Shown: piece after piece, positions 25,994 through 38,827 of the stretch
Layout of the letters: every line of letters starts with the position of its first letter
Numbering within the stretch: the stretch's first letter is position 1
NCBI GenBank assembly: GCA_051942205.1
Contig: JAVECO010000028.1
Span: forward strand, 62,001-126,000
Reading direction: 5' to 3'
DNA: 64,000 nt
From: Coniocarpon cinnabarinum
Lineage: Eukaryota
Notes under the pieces: generated by a model
Told to the model about the DNA's origin: nothing
Seen by the model: the letters and a program-made list of their open reading frames with translations, nothing else
Database searches by the model: none
Position numbers and translations under genes: made by a program

Positions 25994-27266
25994 ATGGCTG
26001 GGGGTGTCTGGATAACGCCAGACTTGTTTCAGTGGGACAACGGGACTGTCGTTGACAAATGGGGTCGTCCAGTCCGACCCAATCCACCTGTTCACGCCAA
26101 CACCACTCCTGCACCACCGCCTCAACAGCACACGCATATCCATCATGATGATCTGCATCGCACGCAGTCGGCCAGTCCCAATGTCTTCATGGTGCCCGAA
26201 CCGAAGCGTGGCCGCCGTGGGCATCATAGCAGCTCCAGCCGTTCGCGGAGCCGCAGCCGTGAGAAAGACCGTATTCGCTTCGAACTAGAGAAAGAACAGC
26301 GAGACAGAGAGCGCGAACGAGACAAGGCAAGGGAAGAGGCATTGGAACAAGCGCGACGCGACGAGGAGGACGCCGAAGAGGAGAAGAAGAGGATTCTTGA
26401 ACAGCATGAGCGGGAGGAAGAAGAGAAGAAGAGGAAGCGGGAAAGACTGATCAAGGAGGCTCAAGAGGAGCAAAGGGAGAAGCAGCGCAAGGAAAAGGAG
26501 GATCGTGAGCGCATCGCTCGTGAGGTGGAGGAGGAGAAGGAGAAAGCCAAGAAGAAGGAGGAGGAAGAGTACAAGAAGTGGGAACTCATGAAAAAGGAGA
26601 AGGAGCAGAAGGAAAAGGAAAAGAAAGAGAAAGAAGACAGAGAGTACATGGAGCGGGTGCAGAGGGACCTATCCAAGTTCGGCATGTCGCCCAAGTACGT
26701 CGAGAACTTGATCAATCATAAGGAGGAGGAGAAGAAGCATAAGATCAACTCGCGACGTCGTTCAAGCCGCACTCGTGAGGTTGCCCCAGTGAAGGAGAAG
26801 CTACCTACGTATCCCATCATCCACCGGGACGATATCGAGATCGAGACCTTGGAGTACTACGACATCCCGTATGAACGCGCCGAGCACGACCGCGATTACA
26901 TTGTTCTCCTTGAAGAGATGACTCACAACGAGACAGATGTCCTCTTCTCCCATACCAAGAAGGTGCGTGATGAAAGACGTCCACCGAGACCACGGTGGCG
27001 TCGCTGGTAGTGCTGGCGGCATGACCAAAGTACTTCCCAACGCCATTGTCTGAACAGTGCAAAGCTAACGCTGTCCACAACAGATTCGTAAAGAGCGCAA
27101 GCGGCGCAGCAGCAATCTGCTCACTGCTTCAAACAACGAGCCTGAGTACGCGTTTGTACGTCGACCTAGCCGCACGAGGCGCGAGAGCGACCGCAGTCGG
27201 AGTCGCGTGAGGGACAAGAGTCCCATGCGTGAGCGCATGGCGGAGAAGATCATTCGCCGGAATTGA
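25994..27266 (+). CDS. Hypothetical protein: Pro/His-rich N-terminus, long E/K/R charged helix, a conserved fungal-type domain (PTYP.IHR..IEIETL.YY.IPYE...YIV...LF.HT) and an RS-rich tail
   Basis: ORF 25994-26962 splices across intron 26963-27083 (GTGCGT...CTAAC...CAG) to IRKERKRRSS...IIRRN*. Confidence 0.7.
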
Positions 27267-27855
27267 GAGCAGTGTTTGCGCGACTGGAAGGCATTGGAGA
27301 TGCAATTAACGGCCTTTTTCGTTGGATGGATACCTGCAAAATACCTCTCACTCTGCTTCAACCGAGCGCAGCGTTGGGTAGTTATTGTGAGTATTTCTGA
27401 TACTTAGCGTGGAAGTTAGTGGAATTGTTCTAGCTCCGAGTCCAGACGTGTCTTTGAGTTATTGATAAATTTTGGTTTCGCCCTTGATGAACCTGGCTGT
27501 GGCTTACCGTTGCCTTCACTGAGCAAATGAGGGCACCAAAGGCATCCATTTGAGGTTGCTCATTCTTTTGAATGGGCTTGTGCATTGGTTTCCAACACCT
27601 TATACACAATGCTTGCACGCTGTTTGGGAGCTACTCAGCTAGACTGCCAATTCGTAGCCCACCGCACACCCCGCGTCTTTTCCTCTTCAACTCTAAGTCA
27701 TTATTGGTCTGCGGGTGGTAGACATCTTGGATGTGCGACGCACTACCACAAGCAATTTGAAAACCCTCCGGCGAGCTCAGCTCATTGAACACAGCGAGCC
27801 TGAGGCTTCATTCATCTAGAAACCCGTCCCATCCTAACGACTGCAGCACCGACAT

Positions 27856-29192
27856 CTAGTCCACCCCAAACTCGTAGCAAACATAAGCACTCCACTCCCC
27901 CTCCTCCTGTCCCATCTCTCCACCACCTTTCTTCCCCTCCGCCGCCCGTCCCCCCAAATACCCAAACGCCCCATCCAAAGTCTTGCGGCACCTCCTCGTG
28001 GCCTTTCCCGTCGTTCTCACCAGCCCCGCCACAAACTCAGCAGGTAATCCGTACCGCAGGATCGTCTCGACAAACACCCGCAACGCTAACGCATGTATCC
28101 ACGTCATGGCCGCCTCCGAGTAGCCCGTCCGCGCCAATCTCAACGCCTCGCCGCCCAGCCTCTGCGTCTCCTGCTCTAACCGCGAGATCTCCTTCGCTTC
28201 CGCTTCACTCGTGCTCTCGGACGAGTTTCCATTCACGTGCGCGGATTCTCTAGGCGTCCACCGCTTCTCGCGACACTTGTGCTGGAATTCTGACGCCGTC
28301 TTCTTGAAGCCGGTCACGCTGTAGAGCGCGAACTCCTTGTCGGCGGCTAGTTCGCGAGCAGAGCGGGGGACCGTCATCGGCGCGAGGCTCTCGTAGGATT
28401 TGAGGAAGTCTTTCGTTTGCTGTTTCGGGACGGCGATGAGGTGCGTGGTTAGGTATTCAGAGTCTGTGTAGGTGTCGGAGGGGTCGAGGAAGGCGAGGGA
28501 GCGCGTGGAGAGGTTGCCTGTTGTTTTACGTTGGGCGGCTTGGAGGGAGGATTTGGTGGTGTTGTAGGTGGTCAATTTGCTGCGGACGTCGGTGTCAATG
28601 GAGGCGAGTTCCTGGTCGACAGTTAGTAGGTGATTCTGGGGGGTTTGGAGGTGCCACGGAGGAAAGACTGACCTTTTTGAGGGATTGGATGAGCTCGGCG
28701 ATGGGCTTGTCGATGCGGTATTTCACTTTGTTCCAGGAGAAGGTTTGAAGGTATTGCTCTATTGGTTCTGCACGTTGCAAAAGTTAGCATAGTCTTTGTA
28801 GAATACACCCTCAATGTGCTCGAGTGGCTGATCTACTCCCGCTAGGCCGCCTCAACACCTCTTCATTTCACATAGGGAAAGCTGAGGAGCAACATACTAT
28901 CACCCACGTTCCGCTGCTGTCTCGCCTTATCTTGGTCGCCCTCAAACAACTGCACTAAAGCCTCCCCCACCTTTCCAACTACGGCCTCAGAATCATTACA
29001 CAGCTTGCTCAGCTCGTCTGCCTGATTCAAGAGCGCGTCCAGCGCGCCGATCTTGAAGGTGGGGACCTTGAAATCGTATGTGCTCCCAGCATCTTGCGGG
29101 ATCGTGGAGCGGAGGGCCGTCAGAGCTTCGTCGCGGTCGTTGGAGAGGGAGACGTTGGTGGGTAATGAGATCAAGAGGTATTTTGTGGACAT
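27856..29192 (-). CDS. VMA5: V-ATPase V1 subunit C
   Basis: YLLISLP, FKVPTFKIGALDAL, YLQTFSWNKVKYRIDKPI, TGNLSTRSL, SEYLTTHLIAVP, VPRSA, LRVFVETILRYGLP. Two introns. Confidence 0.95.
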
Positions 29193-29878
29193 TATGGGCG
29201 TTAGAGCGTTGCCGGCAGCTCGAGTGAGCTTTGCGGCGTTCGGATACTACAATGCACGCCGTAGGTGGACTCGAGGTCTTGTTGCATACGTGACCAAAGA
29301 GCACTCAAACTACCTACCTAGCTGTAAGATCTGGCAGGGTCACGAAAGGAAGCTGACGCATGTATCCTCGCTCGAGGGTCTGTTTGCCGATTCGTGACAC
29401 CACACTAGCTATACTAAAGAAAAGAACGTATATCTCAGTACACATCGAGCTGGAGGGAAGACAAGGACCAGAGGTTTAAGAATGAAGACAAGTTGTTTCG
29501 ATAATGATCTTCGCCTGTTTGTAGTCTATCCTAATGCGAAATAGTTTCGTTCGGACCCTTGCTGCTTCACGTGCATGTTTTCGCGATATCGCTTATGGAA
29601 AGTCCCCGAGATGTCTTGGATTGCATCCTGTTTAGAGCACCCGCCTCTTGAAATGAAGTTTGATGGAATTGCCCTTTGATAGACAGACTACATTCCGAAT
29701 CAATCCTCAACGAATTCAGAGCAATCTCGACGGGGGAGAAGCGCTTTTCGAATCTCCGAGTCTCGAATGAGCCAAGTACAGTAACGACGGGATCAAGAAG
29801 GAGATGCTGTGTTTTACCTAAGCTTAGACCCAAGTGTTGAAAGAATACACAATCATTCTCAGCAGATCCCTAACCAAT

Positions 29879-31416
29879 ATGAAAAAGAGTGTTCAGTGCT
29901 CCTTTCTAAGAGCATCGTCAAGACGCTTCTTGAGAGCTCACAATGCCGGCGAGAATGGCGTTCCCTGCGTTCTGCCCTCACCAGGGGTAGCGAGAAACAA
30001 TAGCAGCAGCCAGTCCTTGTTTTCTACTTCCAAACCTGTAAGTAAGAGCTCGCGCTCGAATTTTCTGCAAAGGGTGGCAGAACACGTACTTGCTTGGCCG
30101 CTGTTTAGCCGCCTTACCATGTTGACAGATGTGAGAGCATATTAACGTATTGCCTGCAGTCCTTTGCGAGACCAATACCACAACGCCGGTATGCCTCCTC
30201 AACATCAGACCGTGACCTCCGCCGCACCGTGCTCTACGATCTCCACACGGCACATGGCGGCAAGATGGTCCCCTTCGCCGCCTACAGCATGCCCGTTCAG
30301 TACAACGACCAAAGCATCGCCGACTCACACAATTTCACCCGGTCCCACGCCTCCCTCTTCGACGTCTCGCACATGGTGCAACATCGTCTCTCTGGTCCCG
30401 GCGCTCAAGGTCTCCTCGAGCGCATCACTCCGGCAGCAGCGGGCTCCATTCCATTTCATCAGTCGACGCTTTCGTGCCTCTTACTTCCTGAAACGGGCGG
30501 CATCGTGGACGACTGTATCATCACGCGTCTTGGACCAGAAGACTTCTACTTCGTGACGAACGCCGCCTGCCGCGAGAAAGACCTCGCCTTTCTCACCCAG
30601 AGCATTGGCGACTTCAAACCGGAAGCCGTGGGCTCCATCCACCATCAAGTCCTGGACGACCATGCCCTCATAGCGCTTCAAGGGCCACTGGCCCCTTCAC
30701 TCCTCGAACCTCTCCTCGCCTCCATGGACCCCGCGCAGCTCTCCCAGCTCTACTTCGGCCAGTGCGCCCTCGTCGAACTTAACCTGCGGTCCGCCCCACA
30801 CAAAACATCACCTCTCCTCATTTCCCGCGGCGGCTACACAGGCGAAGACGGCTTCGAGATCTCCGTCCCCGCCTCTGAAGCCGACGTCCTTGTTCAAACC
30901 CTCCTCGAGAGCGCCGGTCCGGAGAAATTACGTCTTGCCGGTCTCGGCGCGCGTGACACGCTCAGGCTTGAAGCAGGCATGTGTCTGTACGGCCACGACA
31001 TCAGCGAGGACACGACACCCGTCGAAGCCGGCTTGTCCTGGGTCATCGCCAAAGACCGGAGGAGCGCCGGCGGCTTCAACGGCTCGGACGTCATTCTCCG
31101 ACAGCTCGTCCCGCGGTCAAAAGGCGGGGCCGGGGTGGAGAAGCGGCGGGTCGGGATTATGTTGAAAGAGGGCGCCCCGCCGGCGAGGGATGGCGCGCTG
31201 ATTGAAGGAAAGGGAGAGCAGTTAGGTGCTGTGACGAGCGGGGCGCCGAGTCCGACCTTGGGTCGGAATATCGCTATGGGGTATGTACGGGATGGATGGC
31301 ACAAGAGCGGGACGGAGATTGAGGTTGTGGTGAGGGGCAAGAGGCATGCGGCGGAGGTGGTGAAGATGCCGTTTGTGCCTAGTCGGTACTGGAAGGGTGG
31401 TGTGAGTCCCGGGTAG
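29879..31416 (+). CDS. GCV1: Glycine cleavage system T protein (aminomethyltransferase), mitochondrial
   Basis: Presequence-like exon 29879-30037, intron 30038-30159. RTVLYDLH, GKMVPFA, LFDVSHM, GGIVDD, SRGGYTGEDGFEI, GLGARDTLRLEAGMCLYG. Confidence 0.95.
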
Positions 31417-32258
31417 TGAATCGCTGAGATGGCTCGGGAATGCGGACTAGTTGTGGAAAAGCAAAGCGACTGACTTAGTGGGACTGGGTTCATCGAAAGG
31501 GCGTAGAGATGGACTAGGGTCGGAAAAGCGAGGTTACGTAGACCAACGCACGACTTTGCAGCTTCAACGCACGAGTCCAGCATGACCTCTCGGTTCCGGA
31601 CGGGTTTCAATGGGAGAGAAGGGTTGGCGAGGGATCCGAACTGCATTTGCTTACTACAATCACCAACATATGTGTGCTGTTCAAAAGCATAAACCCGCAA
31701 GAGCAATTTTGCTCCTAGATAACAACCCTTTTGTGGACCTTGCTAGAGAAACGCACAAATTGACCGCGATATCCCAAGCTTTTACCGATCTGCACATGGG
31801 TAGCACCCTCTCAGTAGTAGAAGGAGCGTATACGTAGTCCGTATATAATATATCTTTCTACCCTAGGCGCTAAAGGACGCAATAAAATATGCTAAATGCT
31901 ATTCGTCTTAATAGCTATGCACTGCTTTTAGTCGACTGTACAAATAATCTTAAGTCGAATGACAAACTTTTACTGCTATTCCCAAGCTACTAGTCTTCTG
32001 TGCACAGGCTCCACTTCGTAGCAGCGAAGCTCAGCTGTCCAATCTTGGTCATAAATGATTAAGAGTCTCCTAATCCCATTCATCCCTATTCGTAAATGCA
32101 TATCTATATCTACTCTGTATACCCTGAGCCAGCCCAAAGTCTGAGTACCGACCCACTTTCCAGTATCACGCAACAGCCATCCCTCTAAAATGCAACAATC
32201 TATAATTCAGAACAACATCTACAGGCTCAATGCCTGTTATCGCCATAAAAGCCGTCCC

Positions 32259-33660
32259 TCAATCAAACTTCGTCCACAACTTCCTCCCCATACTCCATCC
32301 CAACGGCGGACTGGGACCCGCCCGATACCACAATGTCCGATCCGCTGGTTTCGCGCTCGGGTCGTCCGGCGCGACCCACTTGCATTTTCGCGAGGCCTCC
32401 CAGAGCCCTGATAGATACGAGGGACGTCTATCTTCGTGGTACTGAGCACCCAAGAGGGGTTTCACGGCTTGTGTTGCTTCTTCGGCGCGGTAAAAGGGGA
32501 TTTTGCTGAATAGGGCTTGTCAGTCGAATCTACTTCAGAGCGGTGTTCCATAACTTACGGGAATAAATGATGGATCACGTGGAACTCGATGACGCCGTGG
32601 AAGACGTGGCGGCCGATGAAGCCAAAGTCACGGTCGACAGTCGCTGTGGCGCCTTTCATGTATGTCCATGCTTCGGGCTCGAACTTTGGGAGATTGGGAT
32701 GAGTGTGGTGGAGGTAGGTCACGGCCACGATCCAGTGATTGGCCCATAGGTATGGTTGCAGGTACAGTAATAGCACCGTCGAGACGTCATAGCATCGTGC
32801 GGCATACGTGAGTGTCAGCGCTGTAATAGCGACTCCCACATCGGACAGGGCAACACGCGTGAATTCCTGTGGTAGAAACAACGATCCAGCCGGCGCAAAA
32901 TGCGAATTGCCCAGGAAGCCTTTTGACTGCGATTTTGCAAGACTCGAGGGTGGGGCTGTGACATTCGAAAGAATGTAGAAAGGCCATCCCACTAGCTGCT
33001 GCAGCGCCAGACGGAGCAGGGTGAAAAGCGGTGCATCTTCTGCGAGTTCTTCTAGACGACCGAGCTCGGCACCAATGCTCTTGGCGTAGTCCTGGAACAT
33101 GGGCGGGACGTAACTCATGTCTTTTTCCATGTGATTGGCGAAGATGTGGTGGCGGCGGTGGGAAGACTGCCACGAGAAGTAGGGCGTCAGGAGCGCTGAG
33201 TGAAGTAGAAAACCGATAGTGTCATTGAGAGCGGTGGACAACGAAAAGGCGCCGTGGCCGCATTCGTGCCCGAGGATCTGATGGCATCGTTAGGAAGAGA
33301 GTTTCAGCGACGTCAAGCTTCCTTACCCATAGTCCTGTGAAGACTAAGCCTTCCAGCCAGCCGTAGACAGCCCACGCCATCCAGCGCAGGGCTGGGTCTA
33401 GGATGTGAGGTATATTTGTATGGGCTATCCATGCAATTGCAGCTGCGGCGAGAAGATCCCTGCAGAGGTAGTAGAGCGATGTGGTGTACGAAGGACGAAA
33501 GCAGTGGGCAGGAATGGCCTTGCGCAGCTGCTGTATATCAACACTAGAGTCGTTGGACTACGGACAAGGTAAGCCTGAAATCCAATCTGCAGAGTCGTTT
33601 CGGATAAGCATTGCTCACTTCTTTGACTATGGTGTCAACCGGATGAGCGGTATTGTCCAT
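32259..33660 (-). CDS. FAD2-type (delta-12/omega) membrane fatty acid desaturase, 412 aa
   Basis: Exons 33619-33660, 33327-33557, 32559-33277, 32259-32505. LRKAIPAHCF; His boxes HECGH, HRRHH, HVIHH; TYLHHTH; GATATVDRD; KIPFYRAEEAT. Confidence 0.92.
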
Positions 33661-35580
33661 TGTGACGAGAATCTGTGCTCAAAGTAATTCTGAAGATAAA
33701 AGGAACACTTAGTTTAACGAGACTTAAGGAAATATGGAAGGATCGCAGTTCCCGAAGAACATTATTATGACGTGAAAAATGATGATTATTTGTTCTGTTG
33801 GATAGGGTGTCCGACTCGTTGAGGATTTTACTGGTTACATAGTCTTTCTACGAGGTATGGCTCCTTCTCAAGCCCATGCCTTTTCCACAGAGAGGATTCT
33901 TCAGTCGGTACGGACAGGAATCGGTAGAACTGCCGGTAACGAGACTTAGCACTCTTACAAAGAGCGGGAGGCACAACAAGGCAGAGTGATGCCCCCGACA
34001 GCTGACAGCACCAGAAGGATGGATTAGAGCTTGGATCAGCATTGCGAGGCCCATTCCTAGAGGATGAAACGAGCGCAAAGGGCAATATCGACGACCGCCC
34101 AGCTGTAGCGTTGAGATGGTGCGGTGAGAAGTCCCTGACGCCAGGACCGATGGATCAAGGTTAAGGAATCCTCATCGGCTGGGGACGGCTGACGGGGCGT
34201 GGCGGATGACTTGCATGCTTCAATGAGGGTGAGCTAGGGGATGGCGCGATGGTCAGCACGACTTGTGCCGTATTCTCTGCAGATAGCCATTTTGCGTCTT
34301 GCCCGGCAGCTCGCATATGGAATAGCTGAGGTAGATGGAGCCCCGTCTGACTGCAGCTGATTCCGCAAGTGCAGGATGAAGTCTAAATTGGGAGATCAAG
34401 AAGTCACCTGACCCTAACATAGACCTCAACGGCTTTGTAGGATAGTCATTGCCGCACTATTATTCAGTGTCTTTTCGCTGACAATGATCTTTCGCCGTTG
34501 TGATCGTAGGTTTGTGACCTGAATTGAGCTTATCGTACAGGCTCCTCGCCTAGGGTGAGATCCGGCAACGACTTTTGTCCCGGGCCCTTGCCTGTATCTG
34601 CTGCAGCAATCCTTTTTTTCTAGGCAACGACTTGGCGGTTCAGTCACTGAGAATTAACCCTAATTTGGGCGCCTCGGATCCCCCAGCCATCAACTTTTCT
34701 GGGAGTGGCGAATGGATTGGCTCCTTGATTCCTGCCGCGTCTTTGCCTCCTCCCTCCCTTCCTCACGGAGTACAGGACGCAGCATCCTCCTTGTCTTATG
34801 CAATCCACCAGGCTCACATCTTACTGCATGCATGGCGTAAGCTTGTCCGGCACGTTAGGTATCTGGACACGTCTCCTACGGAATTCCGCTTGAGGCCCTC
34901 ACCAAACCCCCGAGCTCTCACCTATGAACCCAACAATGCTTGAGACGCGCAACTAACAACTTGGCCCTCTACGTTTTACTTACGCGGCAACAAGCTCTTG
35001 TCCCTGCCACACGTACACACACAGCGCTGTCCTCGAACACGCTTCGGTGGACAACTATCCTGTCCTGTGTTTCCACGTGCATTCCTTCAGCGACCGCCCG
35101 CTTATCCTCCATGTTCCTATTCTGGCTTTGCACACGGCTCGGATGATGTGGTCGGCGCCTTCCTGGGGCGTGTCTCGTCTATGCGTCTCCGGGACCGCCC
35201 CTCTGCGGCTCGTCGATAGAGCCCGCCATGGCGCCAACGCGCCGAGCCAGCAGGTTGGTTGTCTGATAGTCTGTGAATATGAGCATCTTCAGCTGAGTGG
35301 CCCTGCCCCGATCCATTTTCGAATCTTCGTTTTGCTTAAACAAGTTCTTCGTAATTTTTCTTCGCTTCTCCGCCGTCTTTGTAAAGCATTGTCTGTACAT
35401 TGGCTATTAGGCCACGCTTTTGGACCTCGATCTTGTTACTGTTCCTAGTCGTGCTCAGGCGCCAATCTCAGATCCACAGTAATTCCAAGCATCGGCCTCT
35501 ATCTCGGGTTTGAGGACTGTGTCTGGGTCAGCACCGCCCTTGGGGGCACCTGCGGCTAGCCTTTGTTTGTGGCGTGCAAG

Positions 35581-37484
35581 ATGACACAGAGCGCCTTAGA
35601 GCCGCAACAAGACGTCAACGCATCTTCCTGTGACATACAAGAAACAGATTTCTGCTCTAAACCTTTGATTCTGCTAACTCAACTTTCTCATATTCGCCTC
35701 AAGCCGGTCTTCTATCGATGGGTCTTCCCACACTTCGTGATAGGCGCACCGGTCCGTCATGAAGGCCTTAATCAAGACCTCATTTCACTGGACGATCAGG
35801 GTTTCTGGCGACGGAATTGGTTGCGGGTGGAGGCACAAGACCATCTCGAGCGCTCAGTAACGAAGCTTACGTTGAGTGCCAAGCTAGACAAATTTTTTCG
35901 AGAACAGGTTTGCATTACATTGTCGGACGCATGGTATGATCTCCACTCACAGATTTCAGGATGTGGACCCAGCTCTCTTCCCTCACTGTTATCTCGTGAC
36001 GCCTCCTCGATTTTTGAACCTCCCGCTTTTCAATGGCGTATCCACTTGGTATCTGTACACCAAGGACCGCAAGCTGGGTGCTTTGATTGTTGAGGTGCAC
36101 AACAGCTCTCAAGAACGACACAACTACTTCTTGCATGAGGGGCTTCCCTGCGCAAGCAACCTAGACACTCGACTTATGCCTACAGCAGAACGAAGCGAGT
36201 TCAGCGATGGGACTCAGTTTCGATGTGACAAGGTGTTTCATGTATCAGCGTTTGGTCCGCGGAACGATGCAACGTACACGACGCGTGTGGTAGATCCGCT
36301 GAGGCTGTCTGGTCCTGCCACCGGGTCCATCGACATGACGATCACGATGGCTTCAGACACTGGGCCATCCAGATTCGTTTCTCGGCTGCGTTCGACAGAT
36401 GATCCCATTGATCCGAGTGCCATTGGATTCTTCCAGAAAGTCTTCCTTCTTCTAATATGCTTTCAGATCGAGTTGCTCGCATGTGAGTCTTTCACAATAA
36501 CACATGAGAAATGGTACGAAAGACAGGAAACTGACACTCGTCTTAGTCCCGCGAGCGATCTGGCAAATGTTATGGATGCATCTTGTGAAGAAGATGCCCA
36601 CCTTCTCATACTCAGAACCGAAAAAGGAATCCATTGCCAGACCCGGCACCAAAGATGAGATGTGAGAAGACCTGACATGTATCGTCTGTATTTCATATGT
36701 TGACCCATGCAGGTTCCTCGAGAGCGTCTTTCGCGACTTTCTGCGCGACAAAGTCTCCGCGTTCCCAGAGCCACTGACGGTTCAATACACTTCCGCCGGC
36801 GAGACACAGCTCAACCCCGAGCGCAGTGAAATCTTTGCTTCCAGTAACCCATCAGACTCGCAGCAAGCTGAGAGCGTCTCTCTTTCTGTTCTCACGCCCG
36901 TATTCTACAAACGCCTGGTCCAACACGACTCCGTCTCCAAAGCAATACAAGCCGAGTTTCTCGATGCACCCAGCGATAAGCGCACCCTCCACCTCGAGAA
37001 CGAAGCGTTGCTCTTCCGCATCCTCGCAAGCGATCAGTCAATACAACGGAGTGCTTCATCGCAGCCTGCGACACTGACACAGCGCCTTCTCCTCGCCCTT
37101 CGAGACGCCCTCACCACCCCCTCGACCTCTCCCACTTCTCCTCCATCGGCCATCGACTCTGGGAATCAAACGCATCTCCACAGTCCTAAGCATCACAAAA
37201 CAGACCTCGACACCTACGTCCTAACTCATCGTCCCGATGTCAGAACTCGATACCTCAAAACAACAATTTGGATCCGGTTTACACGCCGTTCCAACCCAGT
37301 AAGCTACATCTGGATCGCTCTACTCGCTCTCTTCCTCGGCATCGTTCTCGCGACTGTGCAGTTTGGTTCAAGTATGGAGGGTGCTCCTAATGCGATGGCG
37401 GGATATTCGCTCATTACGGGATCGGTTGTTTACTGGAGTCTTTTCGTGACGAAGGATGATCTGGCTTCGTTGTTGCTGATATGA
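35581..37484 (+). CDS. DUF1365-family protein (fungal type) with C-terminal TM segments; start uncertain
   Basis: SHIRLKP..., YLVTPPRFLNLPLFNGVSTWYLY, LIVEVHNSSQERHNYFL, KVFHVSAF, FPRAIWQ. Introns at ~35908-35959, ~36483-36546 and ~36662-36712 restore one reading frame. Confidence 0.78.
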
Positions 37485-38659
37485 TTGGGGTTCAATGGCT
37501 TGATTTGAGACGATGAATGTGAATAGGCATGAGGGAATGAAAATGGATAGTTTGACTGGAACGGTAGAGTGGGATATGTCAATGGACGTACTCATTTGTT
37601 GTGCGGGACCAAGATAAAGGGTATAGTATGGTACATGATTGAACATAGCCTAGTGTTATAGAGTCCAACTCTTTAAGTATAGGTTATCTTCCGATTGCTC
37701 CCTTGACTCCTTCTATTGGCCAGGCTAGAGCTCGCTTAGAGCTTGAGCGGATTAGCTGGGGCGAAGCGACAGCAACACTAAACCAGATAGATTTGGGATA
37801 TGCTCAATCAATAGAGGAACGTGCAAAAGATGAGGGGCGGATGGACGAGGATGTGCGTAAGTTGATCAGTTGAGGTGAGGTGGCGCAGTGGCGCAAGAGT
37901 TGAAGCAGCGTAGGAGGCGAAGTGACGGCAGTTTCAAAATCTCAGAGAAGCCAAAGCTCGTTCTTACTTCGCCCAAGGGTACCAAGACGTCATTAAGAAA
38001 TGAGGATGCCACAGTGCTGCGAAGTTTGCTTTCGGCAGTCAGACCGAGGCGATGCGTGCGGAGCTTGAGACGTGTATCATTACGTAGAGCAGAGCAACGT
38101 TATGATTTAACAGCGATCCCTGTATTTGACTTGGCCCTAAAGGCGCTCATGCGGTATTAGCTTGAGTAAAGAATGGAGGAGGAATCAAGGTAGCGATGAC
38201 TTCTTTTGCCTCTATTGTTAGCCTGCGCACATCTGGTTCTCGAGTGTTGCAAGCATGATTCGTGAGATCGTCTGTGCGTAATTCCCGGGCTTCAGTAGGT
38301 CCTTATGCAAAGGAAAAGCGAAGGCATGATCTCAGCAGTGTTACGGCACTTGGGGAACGGGCAAGAGCTCCTATACGACGCATTTCGAAGCGTCTATCTG
38401 GCCGGAAGAATGGATCACTGGGAAATAGCTACAAGAGAGCCCAGCATGAGTTGCGACTGGTCTAAATCATACGTGTTTCCTTTCCGAAATCCGTCCAGTA
38501 CAATCTCCAATTTTCACAGCTCGCAGGGCCCATTGACCATTGCATCACCCTCAAGACCCTTGAAGTTTGCCAGGCAGAAGTAGTTCTTCCTCCCGTGGGT
38601 GGACTCTCCATGGCATCAAAAGGCACCAAGAGTGCAGAGGGTGGGGGAAGGAGCCCCTG

Positions 38660-38827
38660 TCAAGGGCAATTTTCGCAGTTGCCGCCTCGAGAGAACGACT
38701 GATTAATCCTCGCACCCGGAGTACCTTCCTGATGCCAGTTATTCGCCAGGGCCATTTCGGCGCACTGCGCGTGCGCGATCCATTCGCTGTGTCCACATTC
38801 GAACATGTTTTGATTGTACCAGCACAT
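38660..38827 (-). CDS. Putative 55-aa Cys/His microprotein (MC-x8-CGH...C...CxxC)
   Basis: MCWYNQNMFECGHSEWIAHAQC...GGNCENCP*. The pattern resembles small fungal MCx(n)CGH zinc-binding ORFs. Confidence 0.5.
   Translation of the reverse strand: MCWYNQNMFECGHSEWIAHAQCAEMALANNWHQEGTPGARINQSFSRGGNCENCP

Noticed and set aside
26280..26740. GA-rich low-complexity tract as a DNA repeat
   Set aside because: It is explained by the E/K/R-rich charged helix of the encoded protein.
16461..31416. Glycine carrier HEM25 and glycine cleavage GCV1 as a glycine cluster
   Set aside because: They are 12 kb apart with unrelated genes between them, so this is most likely chance.
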